Below are positions 41,182 to 53,874 of a DNA stretch of 64,000 bases, one piece after another. A program made the position numbers and the translations under genes. The number at the start of each line of letters is the position of its first letter. Positions within the stretch are counted from its first letter, which is position 1. The stretch lies in NCBI GenBank assembly GCA_044892525.1, contig CM097885.1, positions 19,966,001 to 20,030,000 of the forward strand, given 5' to 3'. The notes under the pieces are model-generated. The model saw nothing but the letters and a program-made list of their open reading frames with translations, was not told the DNA's origin and did not search any database. The stretch comes from Schmidtea polychroa (taxonomy: Eukaryota).

Positions 41182-42215
41182 TCATTCTCCCTGTTATACT
41201 CGTCTGGCTGGCTTGACTGTTTTGTATTCATCATCTCATCATCAGACTCGATAGCTGCAATATCTTTTCTGTTATATTGTTGGTTTCCCCATTGTCTTTG
41301 ATGTACGTTCCTTGATTGATACATATCTTCCCTTTGTTGATAGGTATTTCTTTGAATTCTTCCTCCTGACATCTTCCTTTGGTCTCGATCTCTTCCTTGA
41401 TTTCGTCTTTCCATATTTGTGTAGCACTCTCTTTCTTTGTGTCCTCGTGCATTGCATCTATGACATTTGATTGTTGGGCATTCTCTTCGTATGTGACCTT
41501 CAACACCACATGCATAACATTGAAATCTTCTTTTTATATTACATTCTCTGCTACTGTGTCCCGGTTTTTGACACGTCCAGCATTCTATCACTTTAATTCT
41601 TGTCTCTGGTTTCCATTCGTTGATTTTTCTCTTCGTGGCTCCAACTTGTACTACATCTCTATAAGTTCTTCCTCCAGTTGTAGGTCGTATTGATCTCACC
41701 GTGTTTACTTGTTCAATAACCTTGTTAACTTTTTCTATCTTCTTTATAGTTTCTTTAATTTGTTCCGCCGTTTTGAGATCTTTCATTTCGATTTCTTTCC
41801 TGACTTCTTTATCTTTTACACAATGTGTCAATAAACATTTCTGAATTTCTTCTTCATTCCAAGTGTGTGAGGCCAATTTTTTAATCATTTTTGATATTTT
41901 CTCTATAAATATTTCCGCTGATTCGTTACCTTGCTCGTAGTTTAAAGCTTCTCTTAAGTCATCAATCAATGACGTTGGTCGATGAAAAGCTGCTCTTAAT
42001 TTCTGTTCAACGGTTTTACCTTCTGCGGTTTCATATTCTTCAATCAAAGTCCTGTCCAGAAGTGTAATAACTAGTACCATTTGGGTCTTCACTGGTGTCT
42101 TCGTTATTTCAAAGAACCTCTGACATTCTTTGATAAATAATTCGAGGTCATCTCCTCTGTGGAATTTTTCTGGAAGTAATCTTCCAATAAGCAGATCCGT
42201 TGGAATGGTCGCCAT
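41130..42215 (-). CDS. gag: gypsy Gag with three CCHC zinc knuckles
   Basis: CWTCQKPGHSSREC, CYACGVEGHIRREC, CHRCNARGHKEREC; start uncertain (ATG at 42215, or 42248 within the LTR). Confidence 0.88.
   Translation of the reverse strand: MATIPTDLLIGRLLPEKFHRGDDLELFIKECQRFFEITKTPVKTQMVLVITLLDRTLIEEYETAEGKTVEQKLRAAFHRPTSLIDDLREALNYEQGNESAEIFIEKISKMIKKLASHTWNEEEIQKCLLTHCVKDKEVRKEIEMKDLKTAEQIKETIKKIEKVNKVIEQVNTVRSIRPTTGGRTYRDVVQVGATKRKINEWKPETRIKVIECWTCQKPGHSSRECNIKRRFQCYACGVEGHIRRECPTIKCHRCNARGHKERECYTNMERRNQGRDRDQRKMSGGRIQRNTYQQREDMYQSRNVHQRQWGNQQYNRKDIAAIESDDEMMNTKQSSQPDEYNRENDPNEHAPSNGTLIGAIY
41140..41181 (-). promoter_or_regulatory. -1 ribosomal frameshift signal (gag-pol)
   Basis: Heptamer C CCA AAC (41181-41175) directly after the upstream stop of the -1 pol frame; 6-nt spacer; stem GCTCCGTCAA...TTGATCGGAGC (41168-41140). 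Confidence 0.8.
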
Positions 42216-42891
42216 GTTAGAAGCTATAACATTTAATTCTTCTGTCATCAAAATAAATTACTAAGACTATTAAATCCAAAATTATATTTCATTAAATCTG
42301 ATTATATAAACAAATATTCTTGGGACATTTTCTAAATTTTAATTTCAACCAAATATCAACATACCATCGCATTCATACTTGAATTTCAATTTTATTAAAG
42401 ATTATTTTATTTTAAAATTTCAATTATCATTTCAATTTTAATATCTTAAAATAATTTAAGTTTCAATTAAAATATTTACAAATTTTAATCATGAACTAAT
42501 TTTATTTTAGTATTTTAATTTTAACTCCTCACAGTGATATTTTAGTTTTACCGGTGTTTAAATAATCAATTAGGACTTTGATAAAAAAGAGAAATTGTAA
42601 TAAATAAATGACGGAAATCAAGTCTTTTAGAATTGAGTTGGATTTAACTGTTGACCATGTCAAAAAATGATAATATCAACGCAGTTTCAAAAGCAACAAA
42701 ATCCTTAATGAAATGTTTGCCAAAATCATGACAAGATATGCTTACACTAAACAACTGGCGACGCTCTGATATGGGTCACCCGATTTTCAAAAAAATATTT
42801 AATTAAAATTAAATTAAAATGAAACTATTATAATACTAACAACATAATTACAACTATATTTATATACATACAAACAAAATTAAATTGCCGT

Positions 42892-43467
42892 TTATTTAGG
42901 AGGACAGTATCTACTAATTAATCCCCAATAGATTGAAAGGATATTAGTATTTTCGTAATCCTGACGAGATAACCATAATCGAAAATCCAGATAATTGATT
43001 TTTTGTTCGAGAGACATCCCTCTCCGTTTCCGCATGTCCACCTTAATATTTCCCCACCAACCTTCAGCCTTGTTGGTATGCACACCAGTGACTGGATCTT
43101 TGAAAAATAGTTTGTGGTTAACCGACAAATGAATATAATCAAACCCATCAAGCATTTCAAGATTGTAATTTTCTGTCCAGTACGCTGGCCACCGATTCGA
43201 ATAAATAATTGAATTAGGTCTTATGAATTTTTTTATGATATCAATAAGGGTCTCCCTATTTCGTATCATGACAACTTGACCAAATCATTTTCCGCTGCCT
43301 CTTTCTGTACCTCCAAATAACCATATTTCTCGATACCACCTACCCCTGTAGTATTTGGGCTTTTTCGAAATCAACGTTTCATTGATTTCCACGATGATTC
43401 CTTCTCCACCGATTTTCCTTTCCTCTTCACTTAAATCACATAAACAGACGGAACAAACCTCATACAA
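42892..43467 (-). pseudogene. Merlin/ISXO2-like DDE transposase, decayed
   Basis: IGGEGIIVEINE, WLFGGTERGSGK, IRPNSIIYSN, VNHKLFFKDPVTGVHTNKAEGWW; internal stop and D>N changes at catalytic positions. Confidence 0.85.
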
Positions 43468-43809
43468 ATAATTCTGCCGATCTGCTAAAGATTTTAATAT
43501 ATGTGAAGTTTAGTTGATTATTATTATTACTACAATATATATTTTGGTCTTTTTTATTAATTATACATATTGATTTTCTATTAATTTTAAAATACCGATT
43601 TTTGAAAATTTACCACTACTGTTTTATAACATAATATTTATTCAAGAGATTTCTAATAGGAACATGCAGTTGTAATAATATTACGAGTTTAAGATATAGT
43701 ATTGATACAGATAACATACATGTTTACTTCACCTCACTCCACAGACAAACATTTTCACATCAGTTATCAAACGTCAAGATCACAATGACGTGGTTATGTA
43801 AATGTTTAT

Positions 43810-43829
43810 TATCAATTATTATTATTATA

Positions 43830-43928
<99 letters not shown>
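43810..43928. repeat. (TAT)n microsatellite
   Basis: Direct inspection. Confidence 0.95.
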
Positions 43929-44259
43929 GTCAAAAAAAGGAAAATAAAACAAGATTTATGAGTTTTATTTCCTTTTTAAAAACGGAAAGAGATAAAATAA
44001 AAGTTGACATTTACACAAAAATATTCCAGTTTATTTTCCAGAAGAATTTATATATGAATTTGGGTCAAAATAATTTTTCATCAGCTAATATCATATATTT
44101 ATATCAAATTGTAAGGGTATTAAATTAAAGAAAAATTAGGAAAAGAGCATAATTAATAAAATAATTATTTCATAGGATTAATTAAAATATATAAAGTAAT
44201 TGATGAATTATATGAATTTTTGAAATATTAATTAAAAATAAAACATTAAAATAATTTAT

Positions 44260-44392
44260 TAAAAAGCTTGAAGACTATGAATCAGTAAATATATCAAAAA
44301 CATCAATATATTTACTGATTCATAGTCTAAGCTTTTTAATGAATACAGTTGAAAAGAAATCAGTGGTGAAATTTGAAAAAAAGTTCTTATAA
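44260..44392 (+). repeat. dispersed hairpin repeat, fullest copy
   Basis: GACTATGAATCAGTAAATATAT / ATATATTTACTGATTCATAGTC stem followed by GAAAAGAAATCAGTGGTGAAAT..AAAAAAGTTCTTATAA. Confidence 0.75.
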
Positions 44393-46154
44393 TATTAAAA
44401 TAATTTTTAATAAATCAGCAAAAGTGATGAAATTGGAGTTTATGAAGTAGTTAAATAAAATAAGAAAATAAAGTGCTGGGGTGAAAACCTAAAGTTCAGT
44501 ATTGTTTGGTTGACTGTCATAATATTGTTAAATTAATTTTGTCTACGAGACGATGTTTTTGGAGTGCATAACAAGAGTTCTTAATTTCGTCTTCGTTACA
44601 AGAGTCCAAAAGTAACGCCTCAACGGATCCCTCCTTTCATTCTAGATACTCTAATGAGCACCCGGTACTATTGTTGGGTTATTATTGTAAAATAGGCAAC
44701 AATTTTGAAGACTCAACACAAATAACTTTTACAATATCGTCACTTTAAATTTGACCTGTCTTTTTAATCATTAATCTTTTATTTAAGATAGGTGGCCTAC
44801 GTATTAGGTAGATAATCTTTAACTGATTAATTTTCCTTTTCCATAGTTTTCTCGTTTATGTTTTCAACCATACTGGTTACTAATTACCATTTTTACTCCT
44901 TTTTACAGTTTGCTCTCCTTCAAAATTATTAAACTGTATAACAAAACCAATTTGGTAAATGGAATCTCTTTTAAAAGCAAAATAATTAAGTAGGCAACAT
45001 TTCAACTTCATGCTCACGACTCTATATGTAAATTACTTTTGAAGAAAAGCTAATTCAATTTTTGTTTTTAAAGGAAGACTAATGTCATATTTTCCAGTTA
45101 TCGCGCGGCTTTTCTACATAGGTCAGGGTTCTTAAATATCAATTAAATATATTTATTTTTTCTTAATTATTTTATATTTTTTGAATATATGTTTATGGGG
45201 CCTCTCATTGACTTTATATTATTGTACTTGTATTTGTCTCATTATTTGCCATCTGCTAATACCTGTTTCTCATGCAATACGTCAATTTTTAATTTTTCAA
45301 TTTTTTAATTAATTTTTGTATTTTATTTATTAATTTTAAATGTTTGTAAATGTTGCCATTTTTATAGATTTTCACCACTCTAAACAAACCACAACGCAAT
45401 GGTTCGTTTTTTTTCAATTCTAGATGGAGAATCTTTAAACAAATTTTTCAACAGATTGTTTTTAAATTTATTTTTAACATACAATATGAATGCTAAAAGA
45501 TGAAAGAAATATTTTTAAAAATAAAATTATATATAAATTATATATATAAATTATATAAATTATATAATTAAAAAATATTTCAGATTTATTAGTTTTAAAG
45601 GAAAAATTCACTCATCAAAATATTCAAAATAAATGTCAAAATAATTATTTAATAATCACCACAAAATTTGTGTAATTCCTGTTAGTAATAAAAGTACAAA
45701 AATATAAAATTAAAAATATAAAATCAAGTATATTTTACTATTAATAGTATTTATTTTGTAAAATTATTCTTGCCCGATTATTTCAATTATAGAAAATTCT
45801 ATAATAAAAAATTTCTAAACTTCAAATTATAAATAATATTTTAATTTAAAAATGGGATAGAATTTCCGGTTATTTTCTCATTGTTAAATTGGATTTCTGA
45901 ACAATTTCTCCTTGATTTTATAAAGAAATTATTGAAAATTTAATAACGTATATTACTTATTTAATTAATTAACTTTCATCATTAATTAATTTAATTCAAT
46001 TTTTTAAATTTAATATTAAATTATATTTATAAAGTTATTTTATTAGGTAATTTAAATTTAAATTTAATATTACATTATGTTTATAAATTATAGTTATAAT
46101 AAACAAATTATAATTATTTATTTAAATAAAAAACTTTTAAATTTAATATTAAAT

Positions 46155-46161
<7 letters not shown>

Positions 46162-46244
<83 letters not shown>
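46162..46244. repeat. (TA)n microsatellite
   Basis: Direct inspection. Confidence 0.95.
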
Positions 46245-46248
<4 letters not shown>

Positions 46249-46404
46249 TTCTATGTTGCATGGAAATCACAGAACAAATAAAATAGCTATTTATTAATAG
46301 TAAAATATCAAGTGTGAAATCATCTAAATCTGCGAATAAAAAGTTACCTTTTATTTTCTCTAAAATATCTAAATTTATGAAAAAAGGTTATTTTAAAATA
46401 TTCA

Positions 46405-47751
46405 TTAGGAAATATTCTGAGCATAATGGACTAATACTAAATAGTATAACCAATAAAAACAATTATATAAAAGAAAACATGCTGGGAAGAGAAATCGGCT
46501 ATAACTATCAATATCAGAATCTTCAGTTGGTGTTGTCTTGATTGTTTTCTTGCCCTTGTGAGCATCCAGTGCGTGATTAATCAGTAAAGATTCAAGTTCC
46601 GAACAAAATTCCAACCTATTTCTGTCTAGAGTATTTTGTTCCTGGAGATGAAAGAATTGCTGTCTTTGACAAGCTGAGCACCATCTAGCTAATTCATGTC
46701 TCACAATTTCTCGGACGTCCTTTTCCCAACCGTTAGATTTTTTCTTTCTGGCAAGAACACTGGCAACTACATATTCCAATAGAGCTCCAATCACAAACAT
46801 AATACATGCGATTACCCATACGTCAATAGCTTTTATATAACTGACTCTTGGTAAAGTAGACGATATTCCGGTAGCTTGTGTCAGCATACCCAATAGCGTA
46901 ACAAGACCCAAAGTAACACGAGCAGGAACTGAATCGACATTGATCCAAAAGTTTAACCATGACACCATCACAATCAATATACTAGGAACAAATGTACTAA
47001 CTAAATAAGACCCCAATTGTCTTTGTAATAAGAATTTCGCTTTTAAACAAGTATATTTCCCAGTTGACGTACTCGAGTCATTTGTACAGTCAATAGTGCT
47101 GACTTGATGAGGAGAATTAAATTCAGATATTTGAAGACCAGTTGAGATTAAGATCGGATCCTCTTTTCTCCAAGTGAATTTTAATTCATCTAACGTGTAA
47201 CCATAACTGCCGATATCCATCAAGCATTCTTGACTGTCCATTGGAAAGGTTTGGAGATTCATTTCACAGGAAAATCTCATCGTTATTTTCTGACTGTAGA
47301 GAATTCTCCCATTAGGACGGAGTCGCATTAGATAATTTGGAAGAGTCATTTTATGGACATAGCCTTCTTTTCCATTCCGGAAAAACAGATCAGGCAACCA
47401 CAATATCTTTTTCAAAGACGGTGATACGATATTATTATTGAATGATCGAAATTCTTCTAAATTTTCCCAAGTCAATCTCGGATCTGTCCATTCTTGTCGG
47501 AGGTAGACGTCTGTTGAATATTCCATTTTTGTAACACTAACCGAATTGATAGCCAATACCTTCATATAAACCAATACATTTGTTTGATAAATTTCACTTG
47601 GACGTTCATCCTTTTTGTAACGTTTCTTATCGACTATCCTTTCCATAATTAAATCCCTCTGTTGAGCCATGGGGCTTTTTCTTCTTGGAATCGAGAGCAA
47701 TCGAAGAGAATTCAAAAATAAAATCAAGACAATGAAAAAGAACGAATTCAT
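46405..47751 (-). CDS. Cys-loop ligand-gated chloride channel subunit (lophotrochozoan GluCl-like), single exon, 448 aa from first ATG
   Basis: Signal-peptide-like N-terminus, WLPDLFFRNGK, CEMNLQTFPMDSQEC, SVPARVTLGLVTLL, four TM; paralog of 2720-4036. Confidence 0.94.
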   Translation of the reverse strand: MNSFFFIVLILFLNSLRLLSIPRRKSPMAQQRDLIMERIVDKKRYKKDERPSEIYQTNVLVYMKVLAINSVSVTKMEYSTDVYLRQEWTDPRLTWENLEEFRSFNNNIVSPSLKKILWLPDLFFRNGKEGYVHKMTLPNYLMRLRPNGRILYSQKITMRFSCEMNLQTFPMDSQECLMDIGSYGYTLDELKFTWRKEDPILISTGLQISEFNSPHQVSTIDCTNDSSTSTGKYTCLKAKFLLQRQLGSYLVSTFVPSILIVMVSWLNFWINVDSVPARVTLGLVTLLGMLTQATGISSTLPRVSYIKAIDVWVIACIMFVIGALLEYVVASVLARKKKSNGWEKDVREIVRHELARWCSACQRQQFFHLQEQNTLDRNRLEFCSELESLLINHALDAHKGKKTIKTTPTEDSDIDSYSRFLFPACFLLYNCFYWLYYLVLVHYAQNIS

Positions 47752-49700
47752 TGTTGATTTCAAAAAAATCCTCTAGGATTTCTGTAGGAATCAATCGGAA
47801 TAAAGAGATCACTTAAATAAAAATATAATTAGTATTAATTTCATCTCTTGAAAATTTTATTTGAAAAATTTAATAGTAGCACATACAGAATTTTCTCTGC
47901 CATTCTACACAGTGAAGCAGAAAGCTAATTATTTATTTTCCATCAAAAACAATCCTGACGTCAGAAAATTTTCCTGCCTAGGAAATCTGTCTCAATGCGA
48001 ATAAAAATCCAGAGAAATTCTCTACCAACTCACCAGAATGGGAGTTTGCAGAAACCAGCCCGTTTAGGCGCTGAGTAAAAGTACGATGAAAAAATTTGAA
48101 ACTTTCGTTGTGTCGAAGACTTAAAAACGGAAAAGGGGAAAAGGTAATTTCTTCAATTAAAAGTACACAAGAAATTGTATAGTGAAAACAAATTATTCAC
48201 GAGGCTTTATTTATTAATGACTGTTTAATAGTATTGAAAATAAAAAATTAAAATTTTTGTTGTAGCAAAATAAAATTTCGGGGGAAAAAATAATAAAAAA
48301 AATAAAATTTACACAATTTAAAGTAAATAGAAAAATATGAGTTGTATAAATTAATTAAAAATAATTTGAAAAATTAAAATTAATATCTAAATAAAAAATA
48401 TAAAAGTAATAAAACAATTTTTAATTCATGGAGATAAATAAAAAATCCAATTTATTTAATTTATTAAAATTATTATTAAAATTAAATTATTAAAATTATT
48501 TAATTTAATAATTTTAAAATTATTTATCAGATCAATCATCAAGACAAAACTCGATTGTAAAAAAAGGAACTCGCAATGCCAAATAAGAATATTATATAGA
48601 ATTAGAATGTAAAATCAAGTGTCTCCTTGAAGAAACCTCTGGGGAAAAAAGAAATTACCGGGAATCATCGATTGGGGAATACATTATAAAAGCACGGTGA
48701 ATTTATTTTATACTTGTCACTTTCGGAACGAAGGACACAAGTTTTAAATTTTGAATTGGTATATACTAGCCCGATTTGATATTTTAGGATTCTCTAACAT
48801 GACATAGATACTTAGGATTCATAATAAATTCCTCAAAAGTCTCTTATCATCATTAATAAAGGTGATTTTGAATATCCATTCTTTATGAACAAATCAAACA
48901 ATTTTTCAACACTTTTTAACATTACCCAAACTTTTATTTAATACATCATTGTTATTATTATAAGAAAGCGCCAATCAAACATTCTTTTCACGATATATCT
49001 CAACAGTTTTCAGTAGGTAGTTAGGGCACCTCGGACGCAATTACCTCTCCCGGGGGAGGGGTCTGTGGCAACTTTTGATTACGCAATTGCAGCAACTTAC
49101 TTTTTTTTGCTTTCTGGTATTTTCAGTACAAAAATTTTTTTTCAGACTATAGTGAGGAGGTCTCCATGGTTCTGGGATTTTCAATACAAAATGGCAGTCT
49201 TCAATAAAAAAGCATGGATTTTTCAGACTATAGTGAGGCTTTTTTTCAATATTGGGTTTTTCAATACAAAAAGCATGATAAATTAAGGTCTCAGGATATT
49301 TTCAATACAAAAAGGCGGTCTTCAATAAAAAAACATGGTAAATTTTAGAATTACAGTAAATAATGTGCTCAGATTTTTGAATTAAAGTTAATTAAGCGCC
49401 AAATTAGTAAAATAAGGGCTAAATTTTTAATTAAAAGTAAATTATGGTTCAAAAAATTAAATTAAAGTAAATTAAGGTCCAAATTTTAAAATTAAGTAAT
49501 CAATGGTCAATAATTTTAATTTAAAATTAAATAAGTAAATTAAAGTAATAATTTTTAAATAATTAAAGTAATTAAAGTAAGATTTTAAAATTAATTAACA
49601 AAAAGTTGGAATAATAGTCGGTGATTGAGAATTGAAATTTTTAAATGAAAATTTTGATGAAATAATTTTCAAAGTCAACTTTTAATGGAATAATAATAAT

Positions 49701-49803
<103 letters not shown>

Positions 49804-49976
49804 GTAATAATAATATTATTTCAACCAAATACTATACAACACATAAAAATAACTAGACTCATAATAAAACACATAAAAATTAACTAAACACAAAAATAAC
49901 TAGACACATAACAAAACACATAAATAGACACATAAAAAGAACAAAAGTAACGATATAAAATTTTTATTTAATACAA

Positions 49977-52900
49977 TTAATCTTCGTCTGATAAAATAAC
50001 GTCATCAATGTCAACTTCTTCATCATCTTCTCCAACATCTTCTCCAACAACTTCTATATCATTTAATTGACTTAATCTTACATGGCCATATGCAAAACTA
50101 CTATTTTCCCCACCCAAACCCTTTTGTCGTTCTGCGTTAGTTAGAGCTATTTTAGTATTTTTAATTGTATAAATTCGATGGTTTTTGCTAGTTATTTTTG
50201 TTTGAGAAATCGAAAAAATTTGATTAGTGTTATAACAATCCAGGTATGACTGATGTTTTATGTCACTACCTTTCAATGTTACACCTTTAGCCTTTTTTGT
50301 TTCCTCATCACCAACAAACTATAACACTTAGGTCTAAGAAAAACCCATTCCTTATATTTAAGACCTTTATTCTCGTCTTTGAACTTTCCAATGACAGAAT
50401 CAAGGTTCTTACTATATAAGGAATGACAATTATCGTAATTGGATGTGTATAATAAATTATCGCGGATCATTGCAGGTAAAAGAACCTCAAGTTTGCAGTT
50501 AATAACTTCCAGGAAAAAAGAGTCCGTATCACATGCAACGATATTAATTTTACATCTAAACTTATTGCGATATCTTTCTATATTTTTATATTGTAATTCA
50601 TACATTCTAAGTTTAGATAGATCAAGTACAGACTATCCAATGTAACTTGGTCTATCTAAACATAAAGAATCTGGATTTAACAAAGCGGCAATTAAATTAT
50701 TGTCGATTTTAATGGATTTTTTAAACGAAGGTTTTGAAGAATATTTAACTAATTTACCGTCGGTAGTAAAAAGACGAAGATTCATTCTTCTCTTTAAATT
50801 TTCTACAGTTTTACCATATAAACTGTTATTTAATAATTTGTAATAATTTTTGTCTAAACTATTTGTACTTTTTGCTCTTAATTCGGTATTAGTGTCTATA
50901 TATTTTTTAAAATTTGGAGATTGTTTAAATCTTACTAATACTTACTAATACTTACTAATACTTACTAAATCTATTTACGCGCGTAACTTTAACACCAAGT
51001 GTCAAGTATAATTTTAATAATCTTCAATGAATCACATAATTAGATTTTGGAAGATGAGTTAATAACAATTTTTCAACCTTTGACCCAACAGGTTTCATTT
51101 TTTCAGCAGCTACAGGGAAATCATCCAACTTATCATGAAGCTCAGAAGGAATTACAAGATCAACTTCAACAGTGTATCCATAAGACAAATATTCAAGATT
51201 TAAATTCCTACGTTCGTCCATTATTAAATCAAATCCATCAAGAACCCAACTAAATCCGCCACAAGGTAATGGTTGACTTAAAGCCCAACCGTAAAGATTA
51301 TTAATATCTATATAAAGTAACTCGGTGTTTTCATCGGTTTTTACATAATGTTTATTTACAAAAGTTAGACCTTCTCTTAATCCACCCTCATAAAGGCTAA
51401 ACATTTCGTTTTCAGTTATCAGTTTAATCGGTTCATCTAAAGACATTAATGCAGAAGACCAAGACATACCAGGAATTCCGAAGTAATTCAATGGTTCTAA
51501 CCTATTATTAGCAATAGATTTCAAACGAAATTGTTGGAAGAAATCGGCCAAAAGAAAACAATCAAGTTTTAAATATATCATCATGTAGTCTAATAAAGTC
51601 ACGCAATTAGTTTCAACCCAAATCTCCTGAGCTTTTTCATACTCAAGTTCCGTGACACCTTCCCAGATCGGTGGTAATTCATAAGTAGTGTTTGGAGAAT
51701 ATCTAAAGATGTAGCGAAATTGTATGGAAAGATTCCTTTTTCATAAACAATAGTGCCAGTAAAAACAGAATTAGTTAAAGGTAAAGTATTCAAAGTTTTG
51801 ACTGCTTTAGCTAAAGAATCATTAACAAATTGATAAGAATCAATGAATCTTAAGCTAATTTTTCCTAAATGCGCAATCAAAAAAATAAATTTTTCAGTAG
51901 TGATAGGGATACAGCCTTAAGTCCAATTCTTAAATTTATTTAAACCATATTTAAGTATATGGTGCATATTGTATCCCTTCAAGTTGTGAAATACGATAGG
52001 CAAAATTTTATTAATTTTCCTATTTATGTTGCATGTGCTACAAGCAGCACCCAAGTATTTCCCAGTAAAATGATCGTGATCTCTAACAGGATCGACGATA
52101 CATTTCATGCAAAGGTAACATTTATCAGCATTATTAAATTGTTGTTGTTCAATATTAGTTAATTTCACTATAGGTTTCCTAGCCATTTTATAATAAAAAG
52201 GAAGAACTTTGTTTAATGCTATATCCTCTATAGCACTTAAAAACTTTCGACGCAATCGAAACCTATGAACTGTTGATAAGATTTAGATCCGTCGAAGTTA
52301 TTAATAAGTAAAAGACCAGCAGATATTGGTATGTGACGTTGAAAGTGAATATTGTCGGAAGGTAAAATAGCCTCAAAATCGGCATAAACTACAAATGTTT
52401 TCGACCAGTCAGTAAACTGTAATAATTTATTTTGAGGGAACGTGTAAAGAGTCGTTCCTAACTGATTTCCTTTACACAATACTTCATGTTTGTCCAGTGC
52501 GTGTTTATATCTAAACCCGTTCAAACACCCTGGCACTATAATGAGCGTATTTGTGTAGGACAACTAGTGTTTATGTGGCAATTCATTAACCTATTTAAGT
52601 TGCTTATAGCTATGTTTCCTTTATTTAATAATAATAAATTAATTATTTTTCATGTAAAACTTTGGAACGATGTATAATATCCAAATATGGATGTTTTAAT
52701 ACATAATTTTCGGTTAATTGTCTAGTATTGTCATAAGTAAAAACATTAATTATTAAACCAGGATTTTTGGCTTCAAATTTCCTAACATAAATTAATTTCA
52801 TGGGTAAATCTGACGAGTCGTATATGAGGTCAGATAAATTATAACTTGATGTCCTATTTCTGAATTGTCTAACAACCTCATCATATTTTAAAATAGCTAA

Positions 52901-53874
52901 AATGCTATATAAAAACACGAATCATCAGTGTTTTTTATATTTATTAAACACTTATTATTTTTTAGATAAGTTGTTTCTAAATAACTCCTACCACTTAACC
53001 TACATAACCTACTTATTTTAGTTATTGTGAAATGAATTTCGGTTATATTTTTTATTATCCAACTACTACCTAACTGTGTTATGTTTGTTATTTTTTCGTT
53101 TAATTCTCTAATGCCTTCGTCAAAAAATGACGCAGTTAATGGTTTCGTGTTATTAGAGATATTATTAACTTTTATTTCCCCGTCTTTTTCAAATTCGATT
53201 GTTATTCCGAATTGAATTTTAACGGAGCATAATTCGTAAATAATATCTCTTAATTTGATTATTAACGTTTCTGGAAATATTATTTCCTTAATATTTAAGT
53301 CGCTTGTATTTAAACTTAATATTTTGTGGGTACCTCTAAAATCACGTTGTACTATTGGAACATTTCCACCTATTTGTATATTATTATTTAATCCATCCCA
53401 AGAATCAAGGGAAATGCTGTCTAATCCGTCTGGGATTCAACAACCAATCCTTCCCAAGAATCAAGGGAAATGTTGTCTAATCCGTCATTGAATTTTTAAC
53501 AACCACTCCATCCCAAGAATCAAGGTAAATGCTATCTAATCCGCCTAGGGATTCAACAAAAGGCAATCCGACCTGGGATTCAACATCGAATCCGTCCTGG
53601 GATTCAACTACGTCTAATTTAAATTTTTTATTTGTGATATTTATTTCTACGGTTGAAGGTCTTTCAAAAACAGTGTCTTTTTTAAAATTAAACCTTTCTA
53701 AATGATTTTTATGTTTATTGTAAACCGTAATATATGTTACGGGGTCACTAGTTTTACATATGGGGCATATAAAATAAGTTTTATTATAATGTTTTTTAAT
53801 ATAATAATTTTCCATTATAGAATGGCAATTATTATTATGTTCTTTTGCTGAACAATAATTCGGGTAAAGTATAC
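49977..53874 (-). pseudogene. Polinton pPolB, third copy, many frameshifts
   Basis: Colinear with 23205-27102; retains VYADFE (ExoI) and GKYLGAAC; 10-bp CTTACTAATA expansion at ~50931-50968. Confidence 0.9.

Larger units (their letters stand above)
37475..42533 (-). mobile_element. Ty3/gypsy LTR retrotransposon, full length, young but inactivated
   Basis: LTRs 37475-37792 and 42215-42533 (TG..CA, only ~4 differences); PBS TGGCGACCATTCC at 42214-42202; PPT AAAAAAGTGGGA; order gag-PR-RT-RH-IN; TSD not evident. Confidence 0.95.

Noticed and set aside
37471..42537. TSD for the gypsy element
   Set aside because: Flanks TTTG and GTGA do not match
43802..44128. poly-Tyr ORF
   Set aside because: (TAT)n microsatellite
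46405..49011. Channel gene as Polinton cargo
   Set aside because: Both channel genes lie outside the identified Polinton termini
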